A DNA stretch of 64,000 nucleotides, from positions 741,136-805,135 of the forward strand of contig JANWJF010000001.1 in NCBI GenBank assembly GCA_025449535.1, given 5' to 3'. This document shows positions 28,110 to 39,201 of this stretch, one piece after another. The notes below the pieces were generated by a model. The model was not told where the DNA came from and did not search any database. It saw only the letters and a list, made by a program, of their open reading frames with translations. A program made the position numbers and the translations under genes. This stretch comes from Candidatus Saccharimonadia bacterium. GTDB lineage: Bacteria > Patescibacteriota > SICC01. Each line of letters opens with the position of its first letter. The stretch's first letter is position 1.

Positions 28110-28928
28110 TCAGGCTGCCTTTCGGCGATCTTTGCGGCCCTCTTCCGTCATCCGGTCCCACTTAGCTTTTTCAGCCGTACCAGTTGGCGTATCCAGATTC
28201 GAGAGAGGAACGCTGAGCGGTCCGTACTCATAGCCTGCACGACGCAGGGCATCCGCATTCTCTTGCGTCGCCGGAGCTACTTGCACCACTCCCTCATGGT
28301 CGACCCGGGCGATGACGCCATTGTTCGAATCGTAGGTACCGACTTGCTCGAGCCGCTTCTGGGCTTCATTCGCATCATAACGGCTTACTCTGACGTACGG
28401 GTCTCCATCAAGCGGCTTAATTTCCAGGTCGTCTACCGGCAGCCATTCTCCATCGACCTCGGGAGAAATCCCCGCCTGCTCGGCAGCTGCCGCATATTGG
28501 GCATCAAGCTCCTGCTTCCGTTCTCTCTCTGTCTGTCGATCTAGCGCTTCCTTATTCTCATTCAGCCCATTAAACACGAAGCGTTCACCGTTCGACATAG
28601 GTACGGAAATGTGTTCCGGGGTGTATCCCGCGTCTCGTAATTGCCGGATCCGAGTTTTCGAAGAAGGCGAGATCCAGTAATTACCGTCGCCATCGATTGC
28701 CACCAAGGTGCCGTTGTTGGAGCCGAAGGTCCCTGGCTTATCTTCTTGCTCCGCGCGACTAGCGGCAGTAAAAATGTACGGTTCGCCATCAAGGGGCCTG
28801 ACTTCCCGGCCTTCGAGATTGATCCAATCCCCGAGCGGTTCCAATAATTCTGCCCGTCGTTCGTCGGTCATTGCCTCTGCCTGCCTGGCATCAGCGTCTC
28901 GCGGGTCTCCGTCTCCTGGTGTCGCCAT
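28110..28928 (-). CDS. Hypothetical protein with an internally duplicated domain
   Basis: Two copies of PLDG.PY...GT..SNNG....D.........LR.AGY....SVP.SN; AAAGGA RBS. Confidence 0.75.
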   Translation of the reverse strand: MATPGDGDPRDADARQAEAMTDERRAELLEPLGDWINLEGREVRPLDGEPYIFTAASRAEQEDKPGTFGSNNGTLVAIDGDGNYWISPSSKTRIRQLRDAGYTPEHISVPMSNGERFVFNGLNENKEALDRQTERERKQELDAQYAAAAEQAGISPEVDGEWLPVDDLEIKPLDGDPYVRVSRYDANEAQKRLEQVGTYDSNNGVIARVDHEGVVQVAPATQENADALRRAGYEYGPLSVPLSNLDTPTGTAEKAKWDRMTEEGRKDRRKAA

Positions 28929-29021
28929 GTTTTTCCTTTAAATAATTATGTTGGAAATTGCTCAATACTACTATAACCAAGGACAAAAATCAACCCTCAA
29001 TGGAATTCCGGGCAGGGGTAA

Positions 29022-29059
29022 AGTGCCGAAACCGCGGTGTGCGGGGCGTTTTCGGCACT
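29022..29059 (-). terminator. Hairpin after the micro-ORF pair (possible terminator)
   Basis: AGTGCCGAAA/TTTCGGCACT 10-bp stem; only a short U tract. Confidence 0.45.
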
Positions 29060-29065
29060 GTTCCC

Positions 29066-29206
29066 TTAGTAATGCTTGGCCTTGAGCAGTGGACGGAGGA
29101 CGAAGCCGGCAGCAATCACGAGGCCGGTAATCGCGCCCGCAAGCATCCGTTCGGCCAGCTGGGGCAGGCAGGACGGCGTGCCGTCCTCGTGGTGGTCGCG
29201 TCGCAT
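29066..29206 (-). CDS. 46-aa membrane micro-protein (MRRDHHEDGTPSCLPQLAERMLAGAITGLVIAAGFVLRPLLKAKHY)
   Basis: Not in the ORF track; GGAGG RBS inside the upstream ORF end; paralogous to 29210..29356. Confidence 0.6.
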   Translation of the reverse strand: MRRDHHEDGTPSCLPQLAERMLAGAITGLVIAAGFVLRPLLKAKHY

Positions 29207-29209
29207 GTC

Positions 29210-29356
29210 CTACCTCCGGTGGCTCTGCAGCCGGTTGGCGATTGCCAGCGGCACACCGACCGCCACGACGAGACCGGTGATGCCGAGCTGCAAGGCGCGC
29301 TCCGGCAAGCGAGCCCGGTACGGCGCTTGGAACGGCATGTAGGCGGGGTACGCCAT
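29210..29356 (-). CDS. 48-aa membrane micro-protein (MAYPAYMPFQAPYRARLPERALQLGITGLVVAVGVPLAIANRLQSHRR)
   Basis: Not in the ORF track; AGGAGGT RBS; hydrophobic helix. Confidence 0.62.
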   Translation of the reverse strand: MAYPAYMPFQAPYRARLPERALQLGITGLVVAVGVPLAIANRLQSHRR

Positions 29357-29430
29357 GGGCACCTCCTGGTAGTGGTTTTCGTCAGTAACGAGCGAACGTG
29401 TGCTTGAGCCGCGTCCCGGCGCGGGAAGCC

Positions 29431-29475
29431 TGTTAAGGACCTTTCCAGCTTATCCAGACGCCCGCCAGAAGCCAA
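29431..29475 (-). promoter_or_regulatory. Promoter + boxA-like motif, divergent from the tuf promoter
   Basis: TTGGCT-17-TAAGCT followed by GTCCTTAACA. Confidence 0.6.
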
Positions 29476-29577
29476 TGTTGCGTGCGCAGGCAGGTTTTAG
29501 GTACACTTGATAAAGTGAATTTGCGTCGGTAGACGCATAACTAATTCGTAACAAGCCTAAGCAAGGAGGAACGCGCA

Positions 29578-30759
<1,182 letters not shown>

Positions 30760-30813
30760 CACGCTGAGCGAGCCCCGGCCGATGCCGGGGCTCCTCGCTA
30801 AACCACCCGCACC

Positions 30814-31137
30814 TTGGCAACCAACGAAACCCCCCAACAGAAGATCCGCATCCGGCTGAAGGCCTATGACCACAAGGTCATCGACCAGTCGGTGCAGCAG
30901 ATCATCCAATCGACCGAACGCGCCGGCAGCGCGGTGGTCGGCCCGATCCCGTTGCCGACGCACAAGGCGCGGTACACGGTGAACAAGTCCCCGATGAAGC
31001 ACAAGGACTCCCGCGAGCAGTTCGAGATCCGGACCCATAAGCGGTTGATCGAAATCCACGAACCGAACCCGAAGACGATCGACGCGCTGATGAGTCTGAA
31101 CCTCCCTGCAGGTGTAGACATCGAAATCAAGATGTAG
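30814..31137 (+). CDS. rpsJ: 30S ribosomal protein S10
   Basis: [30 protein letters not shown]; TTG start. Confidence 0.96.
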   Translation: MATNETPQQKIRIRLKAYDHKVIDQSVQQIIQSTERAGSAVVGPIPLPTHKARYTVNKSPMKHKDSREQFEIRTHKRLIEIHEPNPKTIDALMSLNLPAGVDIEIKM

Positions 31138-31224
31138 CCGTCCGCTGGCCAGGCGCCGTTCCGGCGCCGAACGAAAGTTCCACGACGGCAGGCCTCGACT
31201 GAGGCACCTATTTTGAGCGTAACC

Positions 31225-32079
31225 ATGAAGATAACGAAGACATTGATCGGCGAGAAGGTGGGCATGACCCGCGTCTTCGACACGGCCGGGAACGCCCTCG
31301 GCGCGACCGTGCTGAAGGTCTGGCCGAGCACTGTGGTGCGACTGCGGACCAAGGACAAGGACGGCTACGAGGCCATGCAAGTGGGCGCCGGCGTCGCCAA
31401 GGAGAAGCGGGTCGGCAAGGCCGTGCTCGGACAGAGCAAGGGCACGGCCTACCGGGTGCTGACCGAGTTCCCGAAGACCAAGGACGACATCGAGGTCGGG
31501 GCCGTGCTCGGGGCGGACCAGCTCCAGGCTGGCGAGCTGGTGCACGTGACCAGCGTCTCCAAGGGCAAGGGGTTCCAGGGGACGATCAAGCGGCACAACT
31601 TCTCGCGCGGTCCGAAGACCCACGGCTCGCGGAACTACCGCGCGCCCGGCTCGATTGGCGGTACCGGCGCGTCCCGCGTGTTCGCGGGGCAGAAGATGCC
31701 GGGCCGGATGGGCGCCGACCGCGTGACCACCCGGAACGTCCTGGTGCTGTCCGTCGACGAGGCCGAGGGCCTGGTGATCCTGCGCGGCAGCGTCCCGGGG
31801 CCGAACGGGGTGGTCGTCACCGTCCGCGGCGAAGGCATGGAGACCAAGGAGCCGGTGGCCGCGTCGGACGCGCATGCCGACGAAGCACCGACCGAGGACC
31901 CGCACGCCGTCCCGCAGGAGCAGTCGAAGAAGAAGGGCGACGGCGGGGATGACGGCAAGCCGGAGGGCAAGGACGACGCCCCTGCCAAGGCTTCCGACGA
32001 CAAACCCAAGGCCGACGATAAGAAGGACGACAAGAAAGCCGACGACAAATCCGCCGGCAAGAAAGAGGACAAGTCATGA
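31225..32079 (+). CDS. rplC: 50S ribosomal protein L3 with long C-terminal extension
   Basis: KVGMT, SKGKGFQG, KMPGRMG. Confidence 0.96.
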   Translation: MKITKTLIGEKVGMTRVFDTAGNALGATVLKVWPSTVVRLRTKDKDGYEAMQVGAGVAKEKRVGKAVLGQSKGTAYRVLTEFPKTKDDIEVGAVLGADQLQAGELVHVTSVSKGKGFQGTIKRHNFSRGPKTHGSRNYRAPGSIGGTGASRVFAGQKMPGRMGADRVTTRNVLVLSVDEAEGLVILRGSVPGPNGVVVTVRGEGMETKEPVAASDAHADEAPTEDPHAVPQEQSKKKGDGGDDGKPEGKDDAPAKASDDKPKADDKKDDKKADDKSAGKKEDKS

Positions 32080-32738
32080 GCGAGATCCTCGTCGTGAACG
32101 CCAAGGGCGCGAAGCAGGCCAAGCACCTGTCCGTGCCGGCCGCGAAGTTGCCGGAACAGACGCTGGCGCGGGTCATCGTGGCCCAGCAGCAGAACGCGGC
32201 GCGGCTGCGGCCGCTCGCCAAGACCCGCGGCCAGATCCGCGGCGGCGGCGCCAAGCCGTGGAAGCAGAAGGGTACCGGCCGCGCCCGGGCCGGTTCGAAC
32301 CGCTCGCCGATCTGGCGGGGCGGCGGCATCACCTTCGGTCCGTCGGGCGAACCCCGCCGCTCGAAGCAGGTGCCGCAGGCCGTGCGCCAGGCCGCCCGCC
32401 TGGCCGTGCTCGGTTCGGTCGCGGCGGACGGCCGCCTGGCCGTGCTCAGCGGCACGCTTTCGCTCCAGAAGACGAAGGATGCGGCTATGCTCCGCGAAAA
32501 GGCCGGTCTCGGCGACGGGGCGATTCTGACCGTCGTCACCGCGCCGGAGCTCGACCAGGTCCGCGGCGTCCGGAACCTCCGGAACGTCGACCTGACGACC
32601 ACGGCCGACCTGACGGCGGCGGACATCGCCGGCGCCGGGAAGCTGCTCATGTCCGAGACGGCGTACCTGGAACTGGTCGGCAACGGGCCGAAGCCGGCTT
32701 CCAAGAAGCCTGCCGTTAAGAAAGCGAGCACATCATGA
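32076..32738 (+). CDS. rplD: 50S ribosomal protein L4
   Basis: KPWKQKGTGRARAGS.RSPIWRGGG. Confidence 0.96.
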   Translation: MSEILVVNAKGAKQAKHLSVPAAKLPEQTLARVIVAQQQNAARLRPLAKTRGQIRGGGAKPWKQKGTGRARAGSNRSPIWRGGGITFGPSGEPRRSKQVPQAVRQAARLAVLGSVAADGRLAVLSGTLSLQKTKDAAMLREKAGLGDGAILTVVTAPELDQVRGVRNLRNVDLTTTADLTAADIAGAGKLLMSETAYLELVGNGPKPASKKPAVKKASTS

Positions 32739-33016
32739 GACTTCTCCCGCACGTTTCCGAGAAGGCCTACGACGGCACCAAGCGACGCACCTATGCGTTC
32801 CAGATTCCGCGTGACGCCGACAAGTTCGCGATCAAGCGCGAGGTCGAGTCGACCTACGGCGTGACCGTGACCGGTGTCCGGACGCTCAGCCAGAAGGCCA
32901 AGACCCGTCGCCGCGGTCGCCGCGGAGGCGGCGCGATCACCGGCGAGAAGGCAGGATTCAAGAAGGCCTATGTCACGCTGAAGGAAGGCGATACCATCAA
33001 GGAACTGAGCTCGTAA
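32735..33016 (+). CDS. rplW: 50S ribosomal protein L23
   Basis: SEKA...Y.F, FKKAYVTL; operon position. Confidence 0.92.
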   Translation: MRLLPHVSEKAYDGTKRRTYAFQIPRDADKFAIKREVESTYGVTVTGVRTLSQKAKTRRRGRRGGGAITGEKAGFKKAYVTLKEGDTIKELSS

Positions 33017-33837
33017 TGGCGATCAAACTCTACAAACCCACCACTCCCGGCCGGCGCAAGACCTCCGTCTCGACGCTGCCGAAGGCCGGCAAACTCCCGA
33101 AGCGGCTGGTCGGCGGCACCACCAAGCGGCAGGGGCGCGCCTCTACCGGGCGGATCACCGTCCGGCGCCGGGGCGCCGGCGCCAAGCGCCGGATCCGGAC
33201 CGTCGACCTGGCGCAGACCAAGGAAGTCCCCGCCGTGGTCGCCGGCGTCCACTACGACCCGAACCGCACCGCCCGCCTGGCGCTCCTGAAGTACGTCGAC
33301 GGGGACCAGCGGTTGGTGCTCGCCGAGCAGAAGATGAAGCAGGGCCAGAAGGTCGAGACCGGCCCGAAGGCCGCGTTCAAGGTCGGCAACCGGATGCCGC
33401 TCCGGCGCATCCCGGCCGGCACGGCGGTCTTCAACCTGCAGCAGCGGCCGGGCGGGGAATCGACGTTCGTCCGGGCCGCCGGCAGCGCCGCGACCGTGAC
33501 CGGCCAGGAGAAGGGCGACACGCTGGTGAAGCTGCCCTCCGGCGAGGTGCGCCGGATCGACGGCGAGGCGTTGGCCACCGTGGGCCAGGCCAGCAACCGC
33601 GAGCACGAGAACGTCCGGATCGGCAAGGCCGGCCGCAAGCGGCACATGGGATTCCGTCCCAAGGTCCGCGGCAAGGCGATGAACCCGGTCGACCACCCGC
33701 ATGGCGGTGGCGAAGGCCAGCAGCCGATCGGACTGAAGGGTCCGAAGACGCCGTCCGGCCTGTACACGCTCGGCCGGAAGACCCGCAAGAAGAGTCGCGC
33801 CGCCCGACGGGCCAAGCGAATCGTTCGCGAGAAATAG
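33016..33837 (+). CDS. rplB: 50S ribosomal protein L2
   Basis: YDPNRTA, RGKAMNPVDHPHGGGEG. Confidence 0.98.
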   Translation: MAIKLYKPTTPGRRKTSVSTLPKAGKLPKRLVGGTTKRQGRASTGRITVRRRGAGAKRRIRTVDLAQTKEVPAVVAGVHYDPNRTARLALLKYVDGDQRLVLAEQKMKQGQKVETGPKAAFKVGNRMPLRRIPAGTAVFNLQQRPGGESTFVRAAGSAATVTGQEKGDTLVKLPSGEVRRIDGEALATVGQASNREHENVRIGKAGRKRHMGFRPKVRGKAMNPVDHPHGGGEGQQPIGLKGPKTPSGLYTLGRKTRKKSRAARRAKRIVREK

Positions 33838-33879
33838 CACGGTTGAAGTAAAAACAAGCATTACGTAGGATAAGACGTT

Positions 33880-34221
33880 ATGCGTGGACTATTCAGGCAA
33901 CCCGACGTCCGGGTGACATCTGCGGACGGGAGCGTCGATTGCGGCCTCCGGCTTCAGGAATGCCGGGAGCACGTCGGGATTTCCTCGACGCACCGGTACG
34001 GGAGCATGGACGAACTTCGCTCGGAACTCGACGCTGTCCGTGTCCTGATCGAGGGGCATCCCGAGCTCGGCTCCTGCGACCTGGCGCCTGAAGACGTCGA
34101 CGAACTCGTGGCACGGTTGCATCAACTACTGATCGGGCAGGTCGACGCGCAGCTGAGTCCGTCACAACGCCAGGTCTACGGAGTCGCGCAGGACCGGTTC
34201 ACGGTACGCCTCGGTCGTTGA
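33880..34221 (+). CDS. Hypothetical protein inserted in the S10 operon
   Basis: TTGAAG-17-TAGGAT promoter 8 nt before the ATG. Confidence 0.55.
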   Translation: MRGLFRQPDVRVTSADGSVDCGLRLQECREHVGISSTHRYGSMDELRSELDAVRVLIEGHPELGSCDLAPEDVDELVARLHQLLIGQVDAQLSPSQRQVYGVAQDRFTVRLGR

Positions 34222-34641
34222 TTACCCGCCCTCAGGCAGGACGTCTTTGGGCCGGAGCGTCCGCATGGCCTTCTCCAGCTCGACCAGCTCCTCAAGGGTC
34301 AGTCCGTCGACCTCCGCGTCGAGTATGCCTTCCGGGTGCTTGAAGACCGCCAACCTGCCGCTTTGTCGTCCTCCGGCGTCGAGGACGGCGATCGATACCC
34401 GATCGTCTTCGGAAGCCTGGCTCCGGGTACGACCTATCTCGATGACTCCGTCACCACGGAACGGATAGCGGCGTTTCCTGTAGACGATCATGTCCAACCC
34501 GCCCTGGTCGGGGTCGATGTCGGTTACCAATAGCGAACCCTGGCCGTGCAGGCTTTTCCGCTGCTCCTGCTCGGCCGCGGCCTTGGCTTCGGTTTCCGCG
34601 TCCGTCCGGGCGTCGTCCGGGATGGGTTCCTCAGGGGTCAT
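34222..34641 (-). CDS. Hypothetical protein inserted in the S10 operon
   Basis: TGcTACAAT 8 nt before the ATG; stop abuts the previous gene's stop. Confidence 0.62.
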   Translation of the reverse strand: MTPEEPIPDDARTDAETEAKAAAEQEQRKSLHGQGSLLVTDIDPDQGGLDMIVYRKRRYPFRGDGVIEIGRTRSQASEDDRVSIAVLDAGGRQSGRLAVFKHPEGILDAEVDGLTLEELVELEKAMRTLRPKDVLPEGG

Positions 34642-34792
34642 GACGCATCATTGTAGCAGCTGGGTCCGGAGCGTTGTTTTCACGCCTGGATTACGTGTAA
34701 ACTAGGGAAAGTGATACTAGAAAAGCCGTGGCCGACGGGCGGCACGGACTTCCGGTGTCAAATTGCCGCTGTGAGCGGCGCAAATCACGCAC

Positions 34793-35158
34793 ATGTCACG
34801 ATCACTCAAGAAAGGTCCGTACGTAGACGCAAAACTGCTCCGCAAGGTGCAGGCTGCCGGCGATGGCGGCAAGGGCGTCATCAAGACGTGGGCGCGCGCC
34901 TCGACGGTGGCACCGGAGTTCGTCGGCAAGACGATCGCCGTGCATAACGGCAGGGAGCACGTCCCCGTGTTCGTGAACGAGAACATGGTCGGTCACAAGC
35001 TCGGCGAGTTCTCGCCGACCCGGAAGTTCCGTGGCCACGGCGGCAGGATGGCCACCGAACAGAGCCAGCAGGCCGCGGCCTCCGCGGCACCGAGTGCTGC
35101 TCCGGCCGCCAAGTCCGCCGGCGACGATGCCGCGCCGGCCAAGAAGGAGGATAGCTGA
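34793..35158 (+). CDS. rpsS: 30S ribosomal protein S19
   Basis: [22 protein letters not shown]. Confidence 0.98.
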   Translation: MSRSLKKGPYVDAKLLRKVQAAGDGGKGVIKTWARASTVAPEFVGKTIAVHNGREHVPVFVNENMVGHKLGEFSPTRKFRGHGGRMATEQSQQAAASAAPSAAPAAKSAGDDAAPAKKEDS

Positions 35159-35736
35159 TGCAAGTCACGGCCAAGGCCCGGTTCCAACGGGGCAGCGCCA
35201 CCAAGGCGCGCCTGCTGCTGGAGCCGTTGCGCGGCGCCCGGGCCGAGGACGCGCTGCACCGCCTCCGGCTCCAGCCACATGCGGCTGCCCGGCCGGTCGC
35301 CAAGCTGATCGCCTCCGCCGTCGCGAACGCGGAGCATAACTATTCGCTCGACAAGTCCTCGCTGGTGATCGACGCGCTGACCGCCGACCAGGGTCCGTCC
35401 TACCGACGGTACCGTCCGGCGGCCAAGGGACGCGCCAACCCGATCAAGCGTCCGTCGATGCACCTGGTCGTCACGCTGAAGGATATTCCCGCTGCCGGTG
35501 CCAAGCCCGCAGCCGGTAAGCCGAAGAAGCGCGCCAAGCAGCAGGTCAAGAAGGTCTCAGCCAAGACGGCTCCCAAGCAGGAGTCGAAGGCCGCGGCCGG
35601 CGTTGAATCCGCCAAGCCGAAGGATCAATCTCCGAAGCAGGATACCGGTGCCAGCGAGCGCAAGCCGAGTGCGCCCCGCAAGACCGACCGCCAGACCGGC
35701 GTGAACGCCAAGGCCGACAAAGGGAAGGGAGCCTGA
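35158..35736 (+). CDS. rplV: 50S ribosomal protein L22 with Lys/Ala-rich extension
   Basis: SAVANAEHN, GP..RR..PAAKGRA..I. Confidence 0.94.
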   Translation: MQVTAKARFQRGSATKARLLLEPLRGARAEDALHRLRLQPHAAARPVAKLIASAVANAEHNYSLDKSSLVIDALTADQGPSYRRYRPAAKGRANPIKRPSMHLVVTLKDIPAAGAKPAAGKPKKRAKQQVKKVSAKTAPKQESKAAAGVESAKPKDQSPKQDTGASERKPSAPRKTDRQTGVNAKADKGKGA

Positions 35737-36461
35737 TGGGACAGAAGGTCAATCCCAAGAGCTTCCGTCTTGGCGTCGCCACCGACTGGAACGCCCGGTG
35801 GTTCGGCGGCAGCGACTTCGCGAAGCTCCTCGGCGAGGATATCGCCGTGCGGGACTATCTCGAACGGAAGCTTGACCGCGCCAGCGTGGCCTCGGTCCAC
35901 CTGGAGCGCTCCAAGAACCAGCTCATCGTGACGATCCATGCGGCCCGGCCGGGCGTGATCATCGGCCGTGGCGGCGCGGGGATCGAGGCGCTCCGCAAGG
36001 AGCTCGGCAAACGGACCAAGGGCAAGCTCACGATCAATATCGAGGAAGTACATCATCCCGACCTGGCCGCCCGCGTGGTCGCCGAGTCGATCGCCAGCCA
36101 GCTGGAGAAGCGGATCGCGTTCCGCCGGGCGATCCGGCAGTCCGTCGACCGCGTGATGAAGGCCGGCGCCCAGGGCGTGAAGATCAGCGTCGGCGGCCGT
36201 CTCGGCGGCGCCGACATGGCTCGACGGGAAGTCGCCCACAAGGGCAAGGTCCCGCTGCACACCCTGCGCGCCGACATCGACTACGGCTACGTCCTGGCCC
36301 GGACCACCTACGGAGCGATCGGCATCAAGGTCTGGATCTACAAGGGAGAGGTCGGCGAGTACGCGGACGGTGGCAAGGAAGAGCAGCAGCAACGTCCGCG
36401 GTTCATGCCGCCGTCGCCGCAGCAGGAACTGAGAGGAGGCCGCAGTGCTCGCCCCTCGTAA
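35736..36461 (+). CDS. rpsC: 30S ribosomal protein S3
   Basis: [29 protein letters not shown]. Confidence 0.98.
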   Translation: MGQKVNPKSFRLGVATDWNARWFGGSDFAKLLGEDIAVRDYLERKLDRASVASVHLERSKNQLIVTIHAARPGVIIGRGGAGIEALRKELGKRTKGKLTINIEEVHHPDLAARVVAESIASQLEKRIAFRRAIRQSVDRVMKAGAQGVKISVGGRLGGADMARREVAHKGKVPLHTLRADIDYGYVLARTTYGAIGIKVWIYKGEVGEYADGGKEEQQQRPRFMPPSPQQELRGGRSARPS

Positions 36462-36861
36462 GATGAAGCACCGCAAGACGATGCGCGGCAGCATGGCCGG
36501 TGACGCCCAGAACGGCAACAAGCTGGCGTTCGGCAAGTACGGCATCAAGGCGCTCAGCCGCGACTGGGTCTCGGCGGCGCAGATCGAGTCCGCCCGTCGG
36601 GCGATGACCCGTTACGTGAAGCGGGGCGGCAAGATTTGGATCCGCATCTTTCCCGACAAGCCGATCACCCAGAAGGCCTCCGAGGTCCCGATGGGTAGTG
36701 GCAAGGGTAACCCGGTCGGGTTCGTGGCGGTCGTGAAGCCCGGCCACGTGCTGTTCGAAATGGACGGGGTGGAGAAGGACGTCGCCCTGGAGGCGCTCCG
36801 CCTGGCCACCCACAAGCTATCGGTCCGGACGAAGATCATCCAACGGGAGCTGGAGGACTGA
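36445..36861 (+). CDS. rplP: 50S ribosomal protein L16
   Basis: [18 protein letters not shown]. Confidence 0.97.
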   Translation: MLAPRKMKHRKTMRGSMAGDAQNGNKLAFGKYGIKALSRDWVSAAQIESARRAMTRYVKRGGKIWIRIFPDKPITQKASEVPMGSGKGNPVGFVAVVKPGHVLFEMDGVEKDVALEALRLATHKLSVRTKIIQRELED

Positions 36862-37112
36862 TGGCGGAAGTACGCAAGGCGAAACCGACCACCACGCAAG
36901 CCACGGCTGCCCCGAAACAGCAGAAGAAGGCGGCTTCTTCGAAGCGTTCGCCCGCGGGCGCCGCGGAGATCCGGCAGGAACTCGGCAAGCTCCGGCGCGA
37001 CCACCGGATGCAGCAGTTGGACTCACCGGCCAAGCTCCGGCAGACCCGCCGGACCCTGGCCCGCGAGCTCACCAAGGAACGGGCCGTGAAACTACAGGAG
37101 GCGAATGGCTGA
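36861..37112 (+). CDS. rpmC: 50S ribosomal protein L29 (divergent N-terminus)
   Basis: [16 protein letters not shown] motif; position between rplP and rpsQ. Confidence 0.8.
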   Translation: MAEVRKAKPTTTQATAAPKQQKKAASSKRSPAGAAEIRQELGKLRRDHRMQQLDSPAKLRQTRRTLARELTKERAVKLQEANG

Positions 37113-37380
37113 CGCGAAGACGACGAAGCGGCGGATCACCGGGACCGTGGTGTCCGACAAGGCCGACAAGACGGTCGTGATCGCCGTGGAACGACGCGTC
37201 CGGCACCGCATCTACGGCAAGGCATATCCGGTCACCAATAAGTTCCACGCGCACGACGAGTCCAACGCCGCCAAGGTCGGCGACACCGTGACGATCGAGG
37301 AATCGCGACCGAAGTCCGCCAAGAAGCGCTGGACGCTGGTCGACGGTGGCACGACCGCTGCCCAGGAGAAGGCGAAGTGA
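37105..37380 (+). CDS. rpsQ: 30S ribosomal protein S17
   Basis: [23 protein letters not shown]. Confidence 0.96.
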   Translation: MADAKTTKRRITGTVVSDKADKTVVIAVERRVRHRIYGKAYPVTNKFHAHDESNAAKVGDTVTIEESRPKSAKKRWTLVDGGTTAAQEKAK

Positions 37381-37745
37381 TCCAGGCTGAGACCAGGCTG
37401 GCGGTCGCGGATAACACCGGCGCCAAGGCGATCCAGTGCATCAAGGTGCTGGGCGGCTCGCGCCGACGGTACGCGCGGCTTGGCGACGTGATCGTGGCGT
37501 CCGTGAAGGAAGCGACCCCGCAGGGCACGGTGAAGAAGAAGGACGTCGTGAAGGCGGTCGTCGTCCGGCAGCGCAAGGAATCCGGCCGCAAGGACGGCTC
37601 CGCGATCCGCTTCGATGAGAACGCGGCCGTCATCGTCAATGACGACGGGCAGCCGCGCGGCACCCGGATCTTCGGGCCCGTCGCCCGGGAACTCCGCGAC
37701 CACGGATACAGCCGGATCGTCTCATTGGCCCCGGAGGTGCTCTGA
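37377..37745 (+). CDS. rplN: 50S ribosomal protein L14
   Basis: [27 protein letters not shown]. Confidence 0.98.
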   Translation: MIQAETRLAVADNTGAKAIQCIKVLGGSRRRYARLGDVIVASVKEATPQGTVKKKDVVKAVVVRQRKESGRKDGSAIRFDENAAVIVNDDGQPRGTRIFGPVARELRDHGYSRIVSLAPEVL

Positions 37746-38083
37746 TGAAGCTGCGCAAAGGCATGCAGGTGGTCGTGATCGCGGGCAAGGACCGCGGCAA
37801 GAAAGGCACGGTCGAGGAAGTGTTGCCGGAACGCGACCGCATCCGGATCGGCGGCGTCAACCTGATGAAGAAGGCGGTCAAGGCGACCGGCGACACCAAG
37901 CAGGCCGGCATCGTCGAGTTCCCCGCGCCGATCCACGCTTCCAACGTGATGGCAGTGGACCCGAAGTCCGGCGAGCGGACCCGGATCGGCTATCAGGTCT
38001 CCAAGGGTACGTCCGGCAAGGCCCGGAAGGTCCGGATCGCCAAGAAGTCCGGCAAGGAACTGGTCATCGGAGGCGCCAAATGA
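37745..38083 (+). CDS. rplX: 50S ribosomal protein L24
   Basis: VIAGKDRGKKG (KOW), PIHASNV. Confidence 0.96.
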   Translation: MKLRKGMQVVVIAGKDRGKKGTVEEVLPERDRIRIGGVNLMKKAVKATGDTKQAGIVEFPAPIHASNVMAVDPKSGERTRIGYQVSKGTSGKARKVRIAKKSGKELVIGGAK

Positions 38084-38637
38084 GCGTCGTCAAGGAGTCG
38101 TTCCAGGGAGTCCGCGCAGAGCTGGCCAAGGACCGGAACCGGTTCTCCGTACCGAAGCTGGACCGGATCGTGGTGAACGTCGGCACCGGCGGCCGCAAGG
38201 ACGACAAGGCGTACAAGGAGATGGTGCTGGCGAGCCTGGCGACGATCACCGGCCAGAAGGCCTCGATCCGCACGGCCCGCAAGTCCATCGCCGGCTTCAA
38301 GCTCCGCGAGGGGCAGGAGATCGGCGCCACGGTGACGTTGCGCGGAGGACGCATGCAGGACTTCTTCTACCGGCTGGTGCACATCGCGATGCCGCGTATC
38401 CGCGACTTCCGAGGCGTCTCGCCGCGCGGGTTCGACGGGAACGGGAACTTCACCATCGGCATCAAGGAACACACGGTATTCCCCGAGATCTCCTTCGAGG
38501 ACGTCTCGCAAGCGCATCCGCTAGGCATTACCATGGTCACGACGACGGACGACGACCTCAAGGCGTTCGATTTGCTGAAACGTCTGGGATTTCCGTTCGC
38601 CGAAGGACAACCGAAACAACGTAAGGGGAAGAAGTAA
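38080..38637 (+). CDS. rplE: 50S ribosomal protein L5
   Basis: [24 protein letters not shown]; true start ATG 38080. Confidence 0.97.
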   Translation: MSVVKESFQGVRAELAKDRNRFSVPKLDRIVVNVGTGGRKDDKAYKEMVLASLATITGQKASIRTARKSIAGFKLREGQEIGATVTLRGGRMQDFFYRLVHIAMPRIRDFRGVSPRGFDGNGNFTIGIKEHTVFPEISFEDVSQAHPLGITMVTTTDDDLKAFDLLKRLGFPFAEGQPKQRKGKK

Positions 38638-38822
38638 TGGCACGCAAGGCACTCATCAACAAGGCGAACAAGAAGCCCAAGTTCAGCTCCCGGCTGGTCC
38701 GCCGCTGTTCGCGCTGCGGCCGGCGCCGCGGGTACCTGCGGGCATTCAACCTTTGTCGGATCTGCTTCCGTGAACAAAGCTCCCAGGGGAACATCCCGGG
38801 CGTAAAGAAAGCGAGTTGGTGA
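38637..38822 (+). CDS. rpsZ: 30S ribosomal protein S14, zinc-ribbon type
   Basis: 61 aa; CSRC...LCRICFRE...PGVKKASW. Confidence 0.95.
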   Translation: MARKALINKANKKPKFSSRLVRRCSRCGRRRGYLRAFNLCRICFREQSSQGNIPGVKKASW

Positions 38823-38826
38823 CCGC

Positions 38827-39201
38827 ATGACCATGACCGATCCCATCGCCGACATGCTCACCCGGATCCGGAACGCCGCCGCGCTCCGGAAAGAAGAGGT
38901 GCGCGTACCGACCTCCGGCTTGAAGCTGGCGATCGCCGACGTGCTGGCCAAGGAAGGGTATCTCTGCAAAGTCGGCAAGGACCAGCGCGAGCTCGTGCTC
39001 GACCTGGCCGGCGAGCGGCAGCTGACCGGTTTGAAGCGGATCTCAAAACCGGGACGGCGGGTATACGCGAAGAGCGGCGAGTTACCGCGTGTCCGCAACG
39101 GACTCGGGATCGCCGTCGTCTCCACGCCCCAGGGCGTGATGACGGCCGACGAGGCCCGCAAGCGGAAGCTCGGCGGCGAAGTACTGGCAGAGGTGTTCTG
39201 A
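38827..39201 (+). CDS. rpsH: 30S ribosomal protein S8
   Basis: DPIADMLTRIRNA, ISKPGRRVY, GGEVL. Confidence 0.97.
   Translation: MTMTDPIADMLTRIRNAAALRKEEVRVPTSGLKLAIADVLAKEGYLCKVGKDQRELVLDLAGERQLTGLKRISKPGRRVYAKSGELPRVRNGLGIAVVSTPQGVMTADEARKRKLGGEVLAEVF

Noticed and set aside
37615-38079. Apparent N-terminal extension or fusion on L5 (340-aa ORF); similar upstream starts for rpoB (8301), tig (3514) and comEA (2591)
   Set aside because: The extensions overlap rplN/rplX, the tRNA, leaders or recG; RBS- or promoter-supported starts lie downstream
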